Notes: a model not told the origin generated them from the sequence alone. DNA of 64,000 bases from Chthoniobacteraceae bacterium (GCA_040081625.1 JBEBGD010000016.1:9938-73937); one strand, 5' to 3'. Counted from the stretch's first letter, positions 36,501 through 45,454 are shown. Made by a program: numbers and translations.

Positions 36501-36775
36501 AAGAAATACACGCGGCCTTCGCGCTCCCACACGACCATGTTGTTGGTGCCCGGCATCTGCGTGATGCCGAGCGCGTTGATGAAGGTCACATTCGGAAACG
36601 CCTGCACTGCGGACCACGAACCGGAGAAAGTCGGCGCCGTCGTGGGCAGCGTTCCGTTGTAAGCCGTGAAGCTCGGCCGGGAGTTTAGGCCGTATTGCTG
36701 CGCCCGCACCTGCCCGGCTGTGCCGAAGCCGGCGACGGCGATCGAGAGCAGGAGGGTGGAGAGGCGGCGAAGCAT
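30527..36775 (-). CDS. PQQ-dependent sugar dehydrogenase-like propeller, diheme cytochrome c, two beta-sandwich, malectin-like, Ig-like and two PA14 domains (2082 aa)
   Basis: GLLALAFHPNF, HNGGGMFF, YYIPNDNPF, GLRSPHR, GDVG, GGYVYRG; CLTCH and CAHCH; two TDDGxRLWVNGQL PA14 motifs. Confidence 0.85.
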   Translation of the reverse strand: MLRRLSTLLLSIAVAGFGTAGQVRAQQYGLNSRPSFTAYNGTLPTTAPTFSGSWSAVQAFPNVTFINALGITQMPGTNNMVVWEREGRVYFFDKAPSTSSKTLALDISNRCQGWDDSGLLALAFHPNFGTGPTNNRYVFLYYTWVTPGTVAGSATSRPPTFTPCRDRLARFTVNLDGTIDPNSETIFIDQVSASIWHNGGGMFFHPANGFLYLTNGDDAQSSVNTQIINRGLYSGVLRIDVDQRGGGISHPIPRLPQPAGSVAQNYYIPNDNPFVGQSGVLEEFFSIGLRSPHRMTCDPVTGRIFIGDVGLANWEEIDVIGAGESALNFQWDRFEGSTGDLTQPFIGTNRRPAISYSHSEGSAVIGGYVYRGTEFAADLGGKYIFGDNGTGTVWYLDESTTPATKVALAQLPNGGGPSSGSNYVGLSSFGVDADNELYLCQMSSSGGKIFKLSRTGTPPPALPATLSATGLMSNLATLTPNSGFTAYDVINPLWSDRADKKRWFGVPTGQQIGYAATGDWAFPNGSVFLKHFDLPIDDNNPAIKKRLETRVLVRNADGYVYGMTYKWRADHSDADLITSGVTEDVAITGSVSLGTLTSTDIGGPSAGATAGFNGGYAVTAGGTDIFGTSDQFRFVHTQKTGDFDIAARLESLDRADLYTKAGLMARESLAANSRNVMALVFPTNEARNNNTGGYEFQSRDTNGGASAAIYPASPQPAVRYPNAWLRLKRAGNDFTAYHSRDGVNWTLYATKTLALPGTIYFGMAVTSHSASTQTTARFHFNIDRTQPWYFPGRQDCLTCHTNVSTGVLGVNTQISNLQRVFAETGVNDNQLRAWNHAGYLDTGLSESAFEATIPGLTKMAALGDTGATVEHRMRSYLDSNCAHCHRPGGVHAFWDARLETPLGSAGIVNGIVQETFGTSGAKVLVPDSVDQSMMYKRMATATETHKMPPLAKNLVDQSAIAMLEAWIAEVVQPPADPLPSPWLHTDIGSVGFAGDATYQTSSGTFITSASGADIEGNSDAFHFTYQPLTGDGEIVARVQSLSATDPYTKAGVMIRETLDSGSKNAFTTLMSAHGSQLQWRTATNGGTSYTDGPDQFAPYYVRIRRQGDVLTGYIASTPGAWTQVGSTTIAMSATAYIGLAVTAHNNTQTATALFDNVSVSSSGLALALHLNFQPAGAPIPDGYLADTGATYGARGNGFTYGWSEDNTAFARDRNNAASPDQRYDTFNHMKHSSVPTARTWEIAVPNGTYSVHLVCGDPLTTDSTHVVTAEGGTFLSGTPTAQNPFIEATANVTVTDGTLTLAQGAGGSNTKLSFIEISSVASAVNVTLNSPAHLSTHYGAAAASIAFAANANTTTGGATITQVEFFDGFISIGTDTSPPFEFTWTTASAGAHSVMAKATDSTSAIGFTAFNEIFVSADGPLGLDAEYWPNLTMSGTPQTRADANIQFDWAQGSPMAGIPNDNFSVRWRGRIKPQFTETYTFRTETDDGVRLWVNGQLIIDKWVNQGTTSWNGNITLNAGQLYEFEMHYFDNFGDAVARLFWSSASQAEQIVPGTVLFAPAGGTNHRPRTPVVTLPSVDGELADPSGIVMQTAAFQDVDAGQTHAATDWEIWTTSGTIERAWKALNATGTNATLGSGTFEPGFTALANETAYQLRVRHKDNSGAANSEWSAYGLRNFTTSTSALPTGISGEYYPNDTSFRLVGTPLTRTDTTIDFGFGGGELYPGAGNDNFSVRWRARVRPQFSETYTFTTRTDDGARLWVNGQLLVDQWIGQAATEVSGTITLVAGQYYDLEMHYFDGAFDGEARLFWASASQPKQIIPATRLHQIAGGANHRPLVPLINLPTGATAVSAASLAMQSGAFADQDAGHTHAATDWEVWTTVATPQRVWSALNQTGAQLLDATLADGAFEGALAGRATLDWGAAYQLRVRHKDSSADANSEWSAKMTRNFTTTASPLSVWRTAEFTAGELADPQISGDAADPDHDGMNNFGEFVFRLPPKSPGASPVAISSLDVDAIFLDFPVNVAAEDVTYWVETSPTLGTGTWTSSGITYEVLSTAGGVRNIRARIPRSGAQQFVRARATSP

Positions 36776-36908
36776 GAGAGGAATGATCTTGGCAGAGGGA
36801 GCAGCGGGTGCCCGTCGCAAGGCCGGAGCATCGGGTGAAACCGGGCGTCGGCAACGGAGGTCTCGTTGGACAGTTCAACACTCTGTCGGTTGAGGCGTCG
36901 GGGCACGG

Positions 36909-36996
36909 GTCGTTTTCGACTTCTTGGTTTGGTTCGTGATCGCCGCGTGGCGAGCGATGGGGGGATTAAGAACAAGAATACGAGTAAGAAAAAGAG
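36909..36996. repeat. degenerate hexamer-periodic inverted repeat
   Basis: Left arm NNNNTC units (GTTTTC GACTTC ... GTGATC); right arm GATTAA GAACAA GAATAC GAGTAA GAAAAA. Confidence 0.5.
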
Positions 36997-37013
36997 CCGT
37001 GTGCTCCCACCGG

Positions 37014-37041
37014 TTGACACACCCACCTCACGCCCTACCGT
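37014..37041 (+). promoter_or_regulatory. sigma70-type promoter upstream of the SurA-like gene
   Basis: TTGACA-N16-TACCGT, 13 nt before the ATG. Confidence 0.5.
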
Positions 37042-37054
37042 CGCCGTCCGCGCC

Positions 37055-38002
37055 ATGAAACCGACGCTCATCGTCCTCACACTCGCCATCTTCGCCCTCC
37101 GCGCTCCCGCGCAGGAAGTGCTCGATGGCATCGCCGCGGTCGTGAACGAGGACGTGATCACTTTCTCCCAAGTCCGCGAGCTGATCGGACCGATGGAGGC
37201 GCAGGTGCGCAAGGATCTCAAAGGCGAGGAGCTGACCGAGAAGATCAAGGAGATCCGCCTCAAGGCCATCAACGACCTGATCGACCGCCAGCTCATCCTC
37301 CAGGAGTTTTTCAAGCTGAAGGCGGAGATCCCCCCGCACTACCTCGAAGACCGAATTCAGACGGTCATCCGCGAGGAGTTCGGCGGAGATCGCTCGGCGT
37401 TCGTGCGCACGCTCCAGGCACAGGGCTACACGCTCGATCGGTTCCGCCAGCTCGAGAGGGAGAAGATGATCGTCCAGGCAATGCGCTCGCAGAACCTCAA
37501 GAACGACGTCATCATCCCCGAGACGCGCATCCGCGAGGCTTACGAGAAGAGCCGCGAGGACTACTCGGAGGAGGACCTGATCAAGCTGCGAATGATCGCC
37601 ATCCGCAAAGCGGAAAACGGCAGCGACATCCGTCGCGGCATGATCGAGGAAATCCGCGCGAAGATCGTCGAGGGCGCCGAGTTTCAGGACCTCGCGAAGA
37701 TGTATGACGACACGTCCTATCAGGACGCCGGCGGCGATTACGGCTGGGTGAACCGGCGCACGCTCAACGAAAGCCTCGCGAAGATCGCCTTCGCTCTCAA
37801 GCCCGGGCAGATCAGCCAGATCATCGAACTGGGCAACAGCTACTACCTGCTGCTGGTCGAGGCGAAAAAGAACGGCACGACCAAGCCGTTCGCGCAGGTG
37901 CGCGACGAAATCCAGGCCCGCCTCATCCAGGAAGAGCGGCAGAAGCGGGCCGACGAGTGGATCGGGCGGCTGCGGAAGAAGGCCTTCGTGAAGACGTATT
38001 GA
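37055..38002 (+). CDS. SurA-like parvulin peptidyl-prolyl isomerase/chaperone
   Basis: DGIAAVVNEDVIT, LIDRQLILQE, FQDLAKMY...GGDYGWV, LKPGQISQII. Confidence 0.85.
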   Translation: MKPTLIVLTLAIFALRAPAQEVLDGIAAVVNEDVITFSQVRELIGPMEAQVRKDLKGEELTEKIKEIRLKAINDLIDRQLILQEFFKLKAEIPPHYLEDRIQTVIREEFGGDRSAFVRTLQAQGYTLDRFRQLEREKMIVQAMRSQNLKNDVIIPETRIREAYEKSREDYSEEDLIKLRMIAIRKAENGSDIRRGMIEEIRAKIVEGAEFQDLAKMYDDTSYQDAGGDYGWVNRRTLNESLAKIAFALKPGQISQIIELGNSYYLLLVEAKKNGTTKPFAQVRDEIQARLIQEERQKRADEWIGRLRKKAFVKTY

Positions 38003-38036
38003 GCGGGTCTGCGCAGGGCGGCAACTCCCGCGATCA

Positions 38037-38843
38037 ATGACTCTCGCCACCTCCCGTCAGGTCTTCTCGATCGGCCTGCAAAATACGTTCGTCTATCGCT
38101 GGAATTTTCTCTTGCGGACGATCTTCGGCATCGTGCCGCTGATCGGCACGATCTTCCTGTGGCGCGCGGTGACGACATCGAGCGGCGGGCAGATCGCCGG
38201 CTACGAGTTCAGCACGATGATCTTCTATTTCATGATCGTCGTCTTCCTCGACAACCTCATCAGCCCCACCGAGGACGACTGGCAGATCGCCGGCGACATC
38301 CGCGACGGACGGCTCAGCGCGCTGCTGCTCAAGCCGCTCAACTACATCGGCTACCGCTTCACGCTCTACGTGAGCTACCGGCTCACCTACGTCGCCATCG
38401 TCGCGCTGCCCATCGGCGTCCTGCTCTTCTTCCTGCGCGACTTCGTGCAGTGGCCGCAGCAACCCGCCACGTGGCCGCTCTTCGCGCTCTCGACGCTCAT
38501 GGCCGCGGGCATCCAGTTCTTCATCGGCGTCTGCCTCGGCCTGTGCGCGTTTTGGGTGCTCGAAGTCTCGACGCTCATCTTCGTTATGTTCTCGTTCGAG
38601 TATTTCCTCAGCGGCATGATCTACCCGCTCGATATGCTGCCGGCCTCGCTCCAGGGCTTCGTGAAGTGGAGCCCGTTCACCTACGAGATGTTCTTCCCCG
38701 TGCAGATCATGATGGAACGCGTCCACGGCGCCGCACTGTGGCAGGGCCTCGCGATCCAGGCCGGCTGGCTGCTCGTCGCCTTCGTCGCCACGCAACTCAT
38801 CTGGCGCGCGGGCCTGCGGAAATACCAGGCCGTCGGCGGATGA
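38037..38843 (+). CDS. ABC-2 family permease (DUF990-like)
   Basis: About 6 [36 protein letters not shown]. Confidence 0.85.
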   Translation: MTLATSRQVFSIGLQNTFVYRWNFLLRTIFGIVPLIGTIFLWRAVTTSSGGQIAGYEFSTMIFYFMIVVFLDNLISPTEDDWQIAGDIRDGRLSALLLKPLNYIGYRFTLYVSYRLTYVAIVALPIGVLLFFLRDFVQWPQQPATWPLFALSTLMAAGIQFFIGVCLGLCAFWVLEVSTLIFVMFSFEYFLSGMIYPLDMLPASLQGFVKWSPFTYEMFFPVQIMMERVHGAALWQGLAIQAGWLLVAFVATQLIWRAGLRKYQAVGG

Positions 38844-39634
38844 CGCGCTACCTCCGCGTCTATTGGCTGATGCTGCGCAACTCGCTGATTCGCGAGATGA
38901 ACTTCAAGGCAAACTTCATCGGCTGGATCGTCGTCGAGTGCCTGTGGTTTGTCGGGCAGGTCGTCTTCCTCGAGGTCATCTTCGCGCACGTCGAGCACAT
39001 CGGCGATTGGAGCAAATGGGAGTGCGTGCTGCTGGTCGGCACGCACCAGGTGATCGCGCAGATTTTCCAGGCGTTCTTTTACATGAACCTCGTCGAACTC
39101 CCCGAACTCGTGCGCACCGGCAGGCTCGACCTGCTCCTGCTCCAGCCGATCGATTCGCAGTTCTCCGTCTCCGTCCGGCGCTTCGGCGCCGACAGCCTCG
39201 TCGCGTCGGTCGTCGGTTTCGTCGTCGTCGGTGTGAGTCTCTTCAAGCTCGGCGTCGTGCCCGGCGCGGGGCAGATCGCGATCTACCTCGCGTGCCTCGT
39301 GCTCGGTCTCGGCATCCACTACTCGATCCTCTTCGCGCTCGCGACGATCAGCATCTGGATCGTGCGCGCGCAGGGCATCATCCACGGCTACTACAATCTC
39401 TTCAACGTCGCCCGCTACCCCATCGACATCTTCCGCGGCACGTTCCGCTTCATCTTTAGCTGGATCATCCCGGTGATGATCGTCGCAAACGTCCCCGCGC
39501 GCCTGCTCGCGCGCGGCCTCGAGAATCCGTGGCCCAGCGTGCTGCACCTGCTCGCGGCGACGGCGATCGTTGTCGTCGCCGCGCGGATGTTCTGGTTCTT
39601 CGCGCTGCGCCGCTACGCGAGCGCGAGTTCGTAG
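38840..39634 (+). CDS. ABC-2 family permease (DUF990-like), second subunit
   Basis: [38 protein letters not shown] overlap. Confidence 0.85.
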   Translation: MTRYLRVYWLMLRNSLIREMNFKANFIGWIVVECLWFVGQVVFLEVIFAHVEHIGDWSKWECVLLVGTHQVIAQIFQAFFYMNLVELPELVRTGRLDLLLLQPIDSQFSVSVRRFGADSLVASVVGFVVVGVSLFKLGVVPGAGQIAIYLACLVLGLGIHYSILFALATISIWIVRAQGIIHGYYNLFNVARYPIDIFRGTFRFIFSWIIPVMIVANVPARLLARGLENPWPSVLHLLAATAIVVVAARMFWFFALRRYASASS

Positions 39635-39680
39635 AAATTTCCCGCTTCGCTTTTGCCGCGCGTGCGGTCATTCGTGGACG

Positions 39681-40535
39681 ATGAAACTCCTCCTCCTCGC
39701 CCTCGCACTCGCCGTCACCGCGCACGCGGCTCCGATCAAGGCGCTCATCGTCGATGGGCAGAACAATCACCAATGGGCCGTCACGACGCCGGAGCTAAAG
39801 AAGATCCTCGAGGCGGACGGGCTTTGCGTGGTCGATGTGGCGACTTCGCCCGCGAAGGGACAGGACCTTTCCGGCTTCAAGCCCGACTTCGCAAAGTATG
39901 CGGTCGTGATTTCCAACTACAACGGCGAGCTCTGGGCGCCGGCGACGCAGGACGCGTTCGAGAAATACGTGAGCAGCGGTGGCGGCTTCGTCCCCGTGCA
40001 TGCGGCGAACAATGCCTTCTCCGAATGGAAAGCATACAACGAGATCATCGGCGTCGGCGGCTGGGGTGGACGCAGTGAAAAGAGCGGCCCGTATCTCCGC
40101 CTGCGCGATGGCAAGTGGACGCTCGATACGACGCCAGGCCGCGGCGGCAGCCACGGCAAGCAGCACCAGTTCCTCATGGTCACGCAGGCGCCGAAGCACC
40201 CGATCATGGCCGGCCTGCCGGAGAAGTGGATGCACACGCAGGATGAACTCTACGACCGTCTGCGCGGCCCGGCGCAAAACGTGACCGTGCTCGCGAGCGC
40301 GAAGTCCGATCCCGCGACTGGCGGAAGCGGCGAGGACGAGCCGCTGCTCATGGCGCTCAGCTACGGCAAAGGCCGCGTCTTCCACACCGCGCTCGGCCAC
40401 GCGCTCGAGGCGATCAAGTGCGCCGGATTCATCACCACGCTGCGGCGCGGCACCGAGTGGGCGGCGACGGGGAAGGTGACGCAAAAAGTGCCCGCGGATT
40501 TTCCGACAGCGGACAAGGTGAGCGCGCGGCCGTAG
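39681..40535 (+). CDS. secreted ThuA-like (class I glutamine amidotransferase-like fold) protein
   Basis: [48 protein letters not shown]. Confidence 0.85.
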   Translation: MKLLLLALALAVTAHAAPIKALIVDGQNNHQWAVTTPELKKILEADGLCVVDVATSPAKGQDLSGFKPDFAKYAVVISNYNGELWAPATQDAFEKYVSSGGGFVPVHAANNAFSEWKAYNEIIGVGGWGGRSEKSGPYLRLRDGKWTLDTTPGRGGSHGKQHQFLMVTQAPKHPIMAGLPEKWMHTQDELYDRLRGPAQNVTVLASAKSDPATGGSGEDEPLLMALSYGKGRVFHTALGHALEAIKCAGFITTLRRGTEWAATGKVTQKVPADFPTADKVSARP

Positions 40536-40640
40536 CGAGGATTGAGCCTCGCCAGCGGCGGAATCTGGGCTTAGAAACCTCGCGGCAACGCTCGCACGGA
40601 GCAGTTTCCGGCGGGCGCTGCCGCAGACCGCACACGACCC

Positions 40641-43600
40641 ATGAACACGACGCTGCTTTCCCGCGCCCTGGCGCTGCTCGCCCTGGCTGGTCTTCCCCTC
40701 ACCCATGCGGCCACGCTCACCTACGATCCGCAGGGCGCTTCGATGGAGTGGAGCGAGGTGATGAACTGGCTGAACGAATCGATGATGCGCACGCAGTTCC
40801 CGAGCGGGGCGGGGGACACGGCGATCATCACCGGCGGCGAGCTGGCGACGCTGAGCACGGACATCACCATCGGTTCGCTGACCTTCACGGGAATGCCGGT
40901 GGGCAGCAGCACGATCGCCAGCGGCGGCTTCACTCTGAACGTGCTGAACTCCGCGTCGCTCACCGGCGCGATCTTCAGCGGCGGCGGCACGCTCGACATG
41001 AACACGGTCAACCTTGCCGGGCTGCTTTCCGTGAACGGCACGAACACGGTCGCCCGCGCGATGACGACGACCTTCGGCGCCGCCGGCGGGATATTCGTCA
41101 ACAGCGGCGGAACCTTCCGCAACGGCGGCTCAATGACGCTGGGAGAAAACAACGGCATCTCGAGCAGCGACGGAACCGGGACGCTGCTCAATCGCGGTTC
41201 GCTGGCGAAGACGACGGGCACGGGGCTGGCGACCGTGTCGGCGCGGGTGGACGACGACGGCGCGGGGACGATCACCGTGAGCGCGGGGACGCTTAGCTTC
41301 ACCGGTAGCTCGAGCTTCAACGGTTCGCGCTTCGGTGCTGAGAGCGGCGCGACGCTGAGTTTCGCCGGAAGCGGGACGGCTGGCACCGGTTTTAGCGGCG
41401 CGCGGTTCACGGTGACGGGTGGCGGCAGAGTGACGATCAGCGGCGGCGACTACCAGGTCTCTGGCACGCTCACGAGTGGTGGCGACGGCACGGGCGAGGT
41501 GCTCGTGAATGGGAGCGTGACGCTGAGTAACACCGGCGCGCCGCCGCCGACGCTGCCGGGCACGCTGGATTTTTCGCCGCAGGCACCGCTGGCTTTCGAG
41601 ACCGGGCAAATCGGGTTCGGCGGTCTGACCAATGCGGGCGCATTCATCTGGCGCGGCGGCACGATCGCCAGCCTCGTGAACAGCGCGCCGGCGGGCCTTT
41701 TCACCATCACGGCGCTGCCGTCTGGCGGGCCCCGCATCGCGTCGGGGCTGAGCAATACGGGCTTCATCACGCAGGCGGGCGGTTTTCAAATCGGCACGCC
41801 GGACCTCACCAATCAAAGCTCCGGCGTCTTCGAAGCGGCGCTGAGCGCGAACTCCGCCTCCATCTCGCAGGCGAGCGGCGGCACGGGCGGCTTTGTGAAT
41901 CTCGGCAACGTCAACAAGACGGGCACAAACAACCTCACCGTTTTCACGCCCTTCACGAACGGCTTGAACGGCGACGTCTTCGTCACCGACGGCCAGGTCT
42001 TTCTGCGCGGCATCAACACGCTCGATGGCGACCTGCGGGTGGATCGCACCACGAGTTCCACCGCGAGGCTGACCATCGGCGGGGGCGGAAATTCGAGCAC
42101 GCTCAATTCGCCCATCTACACGCTCACCGCGGGCGGCGTGGTCGAGTTTTCCAGCGGCTTCCATGTGCTCGTGGGGAATTTTCCGATCTTCGGCACGGGC
42201 ACGGTCGAGCAGACGGCGGGCACCATCCAGATCAGCACCGCGAGCATCCTGACCACGGACACGATGAGCAGGCTGCTCCTCAACGGCAGCAGCGCGGTGC
42301 TGCTCGCGGATGCGGAATTCACCAACCAGGGCCTGATCGAATGGGACACGGCGACGGTGCGCGGCTCGTCGATCCTGCTGAATAGCGCGACCGGCAACAT
42401 CCAGATCCTCGGCACGGGCACGGCGCAGCTCGGCGATTCGTCTGCGTCGGGCCGGGTGGAAAACGAGGGCGTCTTCGCGGTCCAGAGCGGGAACACTTTC
42501 CTGCTCGACGACAACAGTGTGCTGCTCAACCGCGCGAACTCGGCGACGCAATTTCTCCAGCTCATCGGCAGCGCGCGCATCCGCGAAGTCGGCGGCGTGG
42601 CCGACGGCGAGATGGTTCGGAATGAAGGCAAGCTGATCAAAACCGGGGCGGGCACCGCGCAGATCGAAGTGGTGTATGAGCAGAACGCGAGCGGGCGGAT
42701 CGAGGTGCGTGAGGGCGGGCTGCGTTTCACCGATCCGACTTCGATCCCGGATGGTAGTGTGGCGGCGCTTTCCACCGGCGGCGTGGGCGCGGTGATCGAG
42801 TTCGATGGAACGACGACATTTGGAAGCGTCGGGATCGAGTTCGAGAACAACAGCAGGGTCGAGTTCGCCGCGGGCGGCACCACTTACACGCTCGCCGGCA
42901 CACTCACCGGGGCGGGCCAGGGCAGCGCCTTGCTCAGCGCCGGCACCTTCACCGCGGGCGCGTCGAACGGGCGGCTGAATTTCGCCGTGCCGTCGCGCTT
43001 CGAGCAGACCGGCGGTTTCCTCGGCAGCACCGGGATGCTCTTGAACGACGGCGTGCTGTTGAAAAACGGCGGCACGCTGACCGGGCCTTTCACGAATGCG
43101 ACGACCGGCGCCTTCACCTGGCAGAGCGGGAGCATCGGCGGGGCGTTCACAAATCTCGCCACGACCGCGCCGCTGCAAATCTCCACCGCTGGCTCGAAGA
43201 CGCTGCTGACCGGCGGCGCATTTTCCAACAGCGCAAAGGTCGAACACAACGCCAGCAGCACCGTCGCGCTCGAAAGCAACGCGACGCTCACGAATGCGGC
43301 GGGGAGCGAGTATTCCTTTCGCTCGACCAGCGGCACGACCGAGCGCGTGCAACCGGCGGGTGGCGCGACGAACACGATGTTCAGCAACGAGGGCACGGTG
43401 CTGAAGCTCACCGTCTCCGGCCCGACGCCCGGCTCGACGGCGATCATCAGCACCGGCTTCACGAATACGAACGGCACCGTGGATGTGCGCGAGGGCACGC
43501 TCAGCATCACCGGCCCGGCGACGATCAATGGCGCGACGTGGAAGGTCGATGGGGCCGATCTTCTCGACTTCACCGGCGGCGGCTCGATCAGCGGCACGAT

Positions 43601-45026
43601 CCTGCACGACCTGCCCGGCGGCTCGGTGCGCTATCGCACCGGGCTCTACCAGCTCGCGGCGACGCTCCAAGGCTCGGACATCAGCGGCGGCAGCGTGCTG
43701 TTCAACGCGAGCTTCAACGTGACCGGATCGACGATCCTCGATTTTGAGCGCGAGAACGCGACCTTTTCCTCGAGCAGTGTGGTGCTCCAGGCGGGCACGA
43801 GCCTCACCAACAAGGAAACGCTCAACATCCAGGGCGGCTCGTTTTTGCTGAATACAAACGCGAGTCTCGTGAACGAGCGCGTGCTCAATTTCGACAGCGG
43901 CACCGGGCCGACCTTCACGACCGCGGCGCTAGCCACCGGCGCGGTCTATCGCAACCAAGGCACCGTCTTCCACACCGGCACGGGCAACGTGAGCTTCGAC
44001 CAGCGCGCGCTTTTCCAAAACGACGGCAGCTACTCGCTCACGAGCGACGCCGACATCCTCGCCGTGCCGCTCTCGACCGAGACGCTCTTTCGCAATCCCG
44101 GCCTCTTCACCAAAAACGCTGCGGGCCTTTCCATCTTCTCCGTGCCGTTCGACAACACCGGCACGGTGGTCGCCTTGTTCGGCGACCTCAGCTTCACGGG
44201 CGGCGTCGCGCAGTTCAACGGTTCGCTACTCAGCGCGGGCGCGTGGGAGGTGCATCCCGGCGCGTCGCTCAACCTCGGCCCCGGCACGCTGCTCGAAAAC
44301 GACGCGAGCATCCTCGTGCGCGGCAACGGGCAGTTCGTGAACTTCCCCAGCGGCGGCAACACCGCGGTCTTCCAAAACGACGGCACGCTGCGGCTGCGCG
44401 ATGGCGCGATTTTCCTGACCGGCGGCAACTTCGATAACAACGGCACGCTCGAAGTCGGCGCGATGAGCACGCTCACGGTCGGCGGGACTTTCGACAACAA
44501 CGGCAGCGCGCTCATCAACGGCACGCTCAACTACACGAGCCTCGCCTTCTTCACGAACGGGCTGTTTGGAGGCGGCGTGGTCAATGGCAACGTGATCAAT
44601 CGAGGTCCCGCCGGGCCGGGGACTTCGCCCGGCACGCTCACGATCAATGGCGCATTCGAGCAGCAATCGACCGGCACACTCGGCATCGAGATCGGCGGGC
44701 TCGCCGTCGGCACCGCGAGCGACCTGCTTGCGGTGAGCGGCCCGGTGACGCTGAGCGGCACGCTCTCGGTCACGATCCTCTACGAAGCCTTCGGCCTGCC
44801 CCCGGGCAGCACCTTCACCATCGTCACCGGCAGCTCGATCACCGGCACCTTCGCCATGCTCGACATCCCGCGCGAGCCCGGCACCGAGACGCCTGCGTTT
44901 AGCGTGCAATACTTCCCAACCGCCGTGCAACTCACCGCGCTCATCACGCTGCCCGAGCCCGGCGCCGTCGGGTTGCTCGCGGCTGGAGCGCTCGTCCTCG
45001 GCGCTCGGCGCCGGCGCGGGCGCTGA
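40641..45026 (+). CDS. large beta-strand-repeat surface protein with PEP-CTERM (1461 aa)
   Basis: Signal peptide; G/T/N-rich repeats; PGTSPGTLTINGAFEQ; C-terminal LPEP + TM + RRRRGR. Confidence 0.85.
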   Translation: MNTTLLSRALALLALAGLPLTHAATLTYDPQGASMEWSEVMNWLNESMMRTQFPSGAGDTAIITGGELATLSTDITIGSLTFTGMPVGSSTIASGGFTLNVLNSASLTGAIFSGGGTLDMNTVNLAGLLSVNGTNTVARAMTTTFGAAGGIFVNSGGTFRNGGSMTLGENNGISSSDGTGTLLNRGSLAKTTGTGLATVSARVDDDGAGTITVSAGTLSFTGSSSFNGSRFGAESGATLSFAGSGTAGTGFSGARFTVTGGGRVTISGGDYQVSGTLTSGGDGTGEVLVNGSVTLSNTGAPPPTLPGTLDFSPQAPLAFETGQIGFGGLTNAGAFIWRGGTIASLVNSAPAGLFTITALPSGGPRIASGLSNTGFITQAGGFQIGTPDLTNQSSGVFEAALSANSASISQASGGTGGFVNLGNVNKTGTNNLTVFTPFTNGLNGDVFVTDGQVFLRGINTLDGDLRVDRTTSSTARLTIGGGGNSSTLNSPIYTLTAGGVVEFSSGFHVLVGNFPIFGTGTVEQTAGTIQISTASILTTDTMSRLLLNGSSAVLLADAEFTNQGLIEWDTATVRGSSILLNSATGNIQILGTGTAQLGDSSASGRVENEGVFAVQSGNTFLLDDNSVLLNRANSATQFLQLIGSARIREVGGVADGEMVRNEGKLIKTGAGTAQIEVVYEQNASGRIEVREGGLRFTDPTSIPDGSVAALSTGGVGAVIEFDGTTTFGSVGIEFENNSRVEFAAGGTTYTLAGTLTGAGQGSALLSAGTFTAGASNGRLNFAVPSRFEQTGGFLGSTGMLLNDGVLLKNGGTLTGPFTNATTGAFTWQSGSIGGAFTNLATTAPLQISTAGSKTLLTGGAFSNSAKVEHNASSTVALESNATLTNAAGSEYSFRSTSGTTERVQPAGGATNTMFSNEGTVLKLTVSGPTPGSTAIISTGFTNTNGTVDVREGTLSITGPATINGATWKVDGADLLDFTGGGSISGTILHDLPGGSVRYRTGLYQLAATLQGSDISGGSVLFNASFNVTGSTILDFERENATFSSSSVVLQAGTSLTNKETLNIQGGSFLLNTNASLVNERVLNFDSGTGPTFTTAALATGAVYRNQGTVFHTGTGNVSFDQRALFQNDGSYSLTSDADILAVPLSTETLFRNPGLFTKNAAGLSIFSVPFDNTGTVVALFGDLSFTGGVAQFNGSLLSAGAWEVHPGASLNLGPGTLLENDASILVRGNGQFVNFPSGGNTAVFQNDGTLRLRDGAIFLTGGNFDNNGTLEVGAMSTLTVGGTFDNNGSALINGTLNYTSLAFFTNGLFGGGVVNGNVINRGPAGPGTSPGTLTINGAFEQQSTGTLGIEIGGLAVGTASDLLAVSGPVTLSGTLSVTILYEAFGLPPGSTFTIVTGSSITGTFAMLDIPREPGTETPAFSVQYFPTAVQLTALITLPEPGAVGLLAAGALVLGARRRRGR

Positions 45027-45446
45027 TCAAAATAACTCGCGCTGCGCGGTCGGCTCGTCTTCTACGCCGAGGTGTTCGGCGCTGAAAAGCGGCGGCTCGA
45101 TCAGCGGCATCCGCGCGTGCTCGAAGCGCGCGAGTTCCTCCGCGGTCGAGGCGCGCGTCACGATCTTCAGCAGCGGTTTCTCCGCGTTCGCCTCCACCAC
45201 GCCGCGCACGACCATGCCGGCGGGCACTTCATCCCACGCGAGCTGGCGCGTGCGGTCGCTGCGCTCGGCGAAACGCTCCGCCGGCACGTCCACGGGTTCC
45301 CAGCCTTTCTTCCGCCACCAGTCGCCGAGTTCGCGCCGCGCGAAACCCGCCCACACGAAGCTGCCTTGCTCGCCCTTGCGCCGCCACGCGCGCACGGGCC
45401 GGCCCGGGCGGATGACTGCGTTCTTAACTCCGAGCGCAGCGCACAT
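45027..45446 (-). CDS. minimal SRAP/HMCES(YedK)-like protein (139 aa)
   Basis: Starts MC; VPAERFAE; KIVTRAS...FEHARMPLI; ends QRELF. Confidence 0.6.
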   Translation of the reverse strand: MCAALGVKNAVIRPGRPVRAWRRKGEQGSFVWAGFARRELGDWWRKKGWEPVDVPAERFAERSDRTRQLAWDEVPAGMVVRGVVEANAEKPLLKIVTRASTAEELARFEHARMPLIEPPLFSAEHLGVEDEPTAQRELF

Positions 45447-45454
45447 CGGGCCGG

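Noticed and set aside
9311..36775. Glucan locus as an island integrated at tRNA-Ala (the GH13 stop is 2 nt from the tRNA end)
   Set aside because: No integrase, no duplicated tRNA 3' end noticed, and codon usage matches the host.
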